From the human T2T-CHM13v2.0 reference genome, Homo sapiens: 64,000 nucleotides of DNA. The notes below the pieces were generated by a model. It saw nothing but the letters and a program-made list of their open reading frames with translations. It ran no database searches and was not told where the DNA came from. Numbering within the stretch: position 1 is the stretch's first letter; each line of letters opens with the position of its first letter. This document shows, in pieces, positions 60,256 through 64,000 of this stretch. The translations under genes and the position numbers were made by a program. The stretch is taken from NCBI RefSeq assembly GCF_009914755.1, contig NC_060926.1. The stretch is one strand, 5' to 3'.

Positions 60256-61250
60256 AATTCAAATCTCTGTCAGCCTGAGAACACCGGTGTGGGTGGCTGG
60301 AGGCCCCAGCTGAAAGGACCCTCATTGGGCTGGACCTCCAGGCCTCCATGCCAGGGAGAACTCAAATCTCTGTCAGCCCCAGAACACTGGTGGGGGTGGC
60401 TGGAGGCCCCAGTTGGGAGGTCCCCCACTGGGCCAGACCCCAAGACCTCCATGCCAGAGAGAATTCAAATCTCTGTCAGCCCCAGAACACTGGTGGGGGT
60501 GGCTGGAGGCCCCGGTTGGGAGGTCCCTCACTGGAAGGGACCCCAAGAACCGCATCCCAAAGATAATTCAAATATCTGTCAGCCCCAGAACACTGGCGAG
60601 GGTGGCTGGAAGCCACGGTAGGGAGGTCCCTCACTAAGCAGGACCTCAAGACCTCCATACCAGGGGGAATTCAAACCTCTGTCAGCCACAGAACACTGGC
60701 AGGGGTGGCTGGAGGCCCTAGTTGGGAGGTCCCTCACTGCGCCAGACCCCAAGACCTCCATGCCAGAGAGAATTCAAATCTCTGTCAGCCCCAGAACACT
60801 GGCGGGAGTGTCTCAAGGCCCCTATTGGGAGGTCCCTCGCTGAATGGAACCTCAAGACCTCCATCCCAAAGAGAATTCAAATCTCTGTCAGCCTGAGAAC
60901 ACCAGCGGGGGTGGCTGGAGGCCCCTGTTGGGAGGTCCCTCACTGGGCGGGACCTCGAGACCTCCATGCTGGGGAGAATTCAAATCTCTGTCAGCCCCAG
61001 AACGCTGGCGGGGGTGGCTGGAGGCCCCGGTTGGGAGGTGCCTCACTGGGCAGGACCTCCAGAACTCCATGCCAGGGAGAATTCAAATCTCTGTCAGCCC
61101 CAGAACACTGGTGGGGGTGGCTGGAGGCCCCGGTTGGGAGGTGCCTCACTGGGCAGGACCTCCAGACCTCCATGCCAGGGAGAATTCAAATCTCTGCCAG
61201 CCCGAGAACACTGGTGGGGGTGGCTGGAGGCCCTGGTTGGGAGGTCCCGC
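60256..61250 (-). repeat. 103-bp GC-rich satellite, left block, ~10 units, reverse orientation
   Basis: aaatctctgtcagcc anchor every 103 bp from ~60261 to ~61190; 60-aa ORFs recur at 103-bp period on the minus strand. Confidence 0.95.
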
Positions 61251-61326
61251 CCAGTGAGGAGGAATGGATCACAGACCTTCTTAAAGACCCAGTATGGCCA
61301 CATTTTGGTAGAGCACCTTGCTATGC

Positions 61327-64000
61327 CCACCCCGCCAGTGTTCTCAGGATGACAGATTTGGATTCTCCCTGGCATGGAGGTCTTGAGGTCCTGCCAAGAG
61401 AGGGACCTCCCAACCGAGGCCTCCAGCAACCCCTGCCAGTGTTCTGGGGCTGACAGAGATTTGAATTCTCCCTGCCATGAAGGCCTCAGGGTCTGGCCCA
61501 GTGAGGGACCTCCCAACCATGGCCTCCAGCCACCCCCGCTGGTGTTCCAGGGCTGACAGAGATCTGAATTCTCCCTGGCACGTAGTTCTCAAGGTCCTGC
61601 CCAATGAGGGTCCTTTTACCTGGGGTCCCCAGCCACCCCCTCCGGTGTTCTCAGGCTGACAGAGATTTGAGTTCTCCCTGGCATGGAGGTCTCAGGATCT
61701 TGCCCAGTGAGGGACCTCCCAACTGGGGCCTCCAGCCACCCCCTCCAGTGTTCTGGGGCTGACAGAGATTTGAATTCTCTCTGGCATGGAGGTCTTGGGG
61801 TGTGGCCCAGTGAGGGGCCTCCCAACTGGGGCCTCCAGCCACCCCCACCAGTGTTCTGGGGCTGACAGAGATTTGAATTCTCCCTGGAATGGAGGTCTCC
61901 AGGTCCCACCCAGTGAGGGACCTCCCAACTGGGGCCTGCAACCACCCCTGTCAGTGTTCTGGGACTGACAGAGATTCGAATTCTCCCTGGCATGGAGGTC
62001 TTTAAGTCCTGCCAAGTGAGTGACCTCCCAATCGGGCCTCCAGCCACCCCCGCCGGTGTTCTTGGGCTGACAGAGATTTGAATTCTCCCTGGTATGGATG
62101 TCTCAGGGTCTGGCCCAGTGAAGGACCTCGGCATCCAGCCACCCCTGCCAGTGTTTTGGGGCTGACAGAGATTTGAATTCTCCCTGGCATGGAGGTCTTG
62201 AGGTCCTGCCCAGTGAGGGACCTCTCAACCGTGGCCTCCAGCCACCCCCACCGGTGTTCTTGGGCTGACAGATATCTGAATTCTCCCTGGCACCTAGTTC
62301 TCAAAGTCCCGCCCAATGAGGGTCCTTTTAGCTGGGGTCTCCAGCCAATCCCACCGGTGTTCTCAGGCTGACAGTGATTTGAGTTCTCCCTGGCATGGAG
62401 GTCTTTAGGTCCTGCCCAGTGAGGGATCTCCCAACTGGGGCCTCCAGCCACCCCCGCCAGTGTTCTGGGGCTGACAGAGATTTGAATTCTCCCAGGTATG
62501 CAGTTCTTGGTTCTTGAAGTCCCGCCCAGTAAGGGTTCTCCTAACTGGGGCCTCCGGCCACCCTCACCTGTGTTCTCATGCTGACAGAGATTTGAACTCT
62601 TCCTGACATGGAGGTCTCCACTTCCTGTCCGCTGTGGGTCTTTTCAATTCAGGCCTCCAGCCACCCACCCCTGGTGTTCTCAGGCTGACAGAGATTCGAA
62701 TTCTCCCTGGCACTTAGTTCTTGAGGTCCTACCCAATGAGGGTCCTTTTAGCTGGGGTCTCCAGCCAACCCCACTGGTGTTCTGGGGCTGACAGAGGTTG
62801 GAGTTCTCCCTGGCATGGCGGCCTTGGGGTCCCGCCCAGTGAGGGACCTCCCAACTGGGGCCTGCAGCCACCCCTGCCAGTGTTCTGGGGCTGACAGAGA
62901 TTTGAATTCTCCCTGGAATGGAGGTCTCAGGGTCTGGCCCAGTGAGGGACCTCCCAACTGGGGCCTCCAGCTAACCCCACCAGTGTTCTGGGGCTGACAG
63001 AGATTTGAATTCTCCCTGGCATGGAGGTCTTTAGGTCCTGCTTAGTGAGGGACCTCCCTACCGTGGCTTCCAGCCACCCTCGCCAGTGTTCTGGGGCTGA
63101 CAGAGGTTTGAATTCTCCCTGGAATGGAGGTCTCAGGGTCTGGCCCAGTGAGGGACCTCCCAACTGGGGCCTCCAGCTAACCCCGCCAGTGTTCTGGGGC
63201 TGACAGAGATTTGAATTCTCCCTGGCATGGAGGTCTTCAGGTCCTGCCAAGTGAGTGACCTCCCAATTGGGTCTCCAGCCACCCCCACCGGTGTTCTTGG
63301 GATGACAGAGATTTGAATTCTCCCTGGTATGGAGGTCTCAGCGTCTGGCCCAGTGAAGGACTTCGGCCTCCAGCCACCCCTGCCAGTGTTTTGGGGCTGA
63401 CAGAAATTTGAATTCTCCCTGGCATGGAGGTCTTGAGGTCCTGCCCAGTGAGGGACCTCTCAACCGTGGCCTCCAGCCACCCCCACCGGTGTTCTCGGGC
63501 TGACAGAGATCTGAATTCTCCCTGGCACGTAGTTCTCAAGGTCCCGCCCAATGAGTGTCCTTTTAGCTGGGGTCTCCAGCCAATCCCACTGGTGTTCTCA
63601 GGCTGACAGTGATTTGAGTTCTCCCTGGCATGGAGGTCTCGGGGTCTTGCCCAGTGAGGAACCCCCCCAACCGGGGCCTGCAGCCACCCTCGCTGGTGTT
63701 CTGGGGCTGACAGAGATTTGAATTCTCCCAGGCATGGAGTTTGTGAGGTCCCACCCAGTTAGGGTTCTCCTAACTGAGACCTCTGGCCACTCACACCTGT
63801 GTTCTCATGCTGAAAGAGATTTGAATTCTTCCTGGCATGGAGGTCTCCGGTTCCTGCCCAGTGAGGGTCCTTCCAACTCAGGCCTCCAGCCAACTCCCCC
63901 CACCCCCGCCAATATTCTGGGGCTGACAGAGATTTCAATTCTCCCTGGCATCGAGGTATCGGGGTCCTGCCCAGTGAGGGACCTCCCAACGGGGGCCTGC
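61327..64000 (+). repeat. 103-bp GC-rich satellite, right block, ~26 units, forward orientation, runs off window
   Basis: gctgacagagatttgaattctccctggcatggaggtc anchor every ~103 bp; it is the reverse complement of the left block unit. Confidence 0.95.

Noticed and set aside
60270-63989. Dozens of 60-243-aa ORFs in the satellite
   Set aside because: A 103-bp (3n+1) GC-rich unit cycles through frames and yields periodic ORFs on both strands; no recognisable domain.
60256-64000. CRISPR-like appearance (regular period, hairpin in each unit)
   Set aside because: The whole unit repeats with no unique spacers, there are no cas genes, and the context is primate DNA.

Overview
Human/hominoid genomic DNA holding the 3' part of an ANKRD36-family gene (ANKRD36/36B/36C; the paralogue cannot be fixed from sequence alone) on the + strand. 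Positions 1-13.85 kb are eight copies of a ~1.87-kb tandem unit, each with a 29-nt and a 73-nt micro-exon that together encode one 34-aa repeat; a decayed remnant of the unit continues to ~18.5 kb. Nine further exons encode the ANKRD26/CCDC144-like coiled-coil C-terminus and end in ...HSSL/MLQVFES* at 44757. By my manual splicing all 25 exons join in frame (~895 codons). The introns carry a 5'-truncated L1HS pre-Ta, a full-length L1PA3-like element with an open ORF0 facing the host's sense strand, a dead CCDC144/POTE-type exon, a MER4-family solo LTR, Alus, DNA-transposon fossils and old L1 fragments. The last 5 kb hold an old L1 5'UTR-like region expanded into a 103-bp GC-rich satellite arranged as two oppositely oriented blocks with a ~1235-bp higher-order repeat. 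No prokaryotic systems, CRISPR arrays, rRNA or tRNA genes are seen. Repeat subfamily names and protein homologies come from memory of consensus sequences and need database confirmation. I cannot establish that anything here is a new system; the best candidates are the inverted satellite and the possible ORF0-ANKRD36 fusion.
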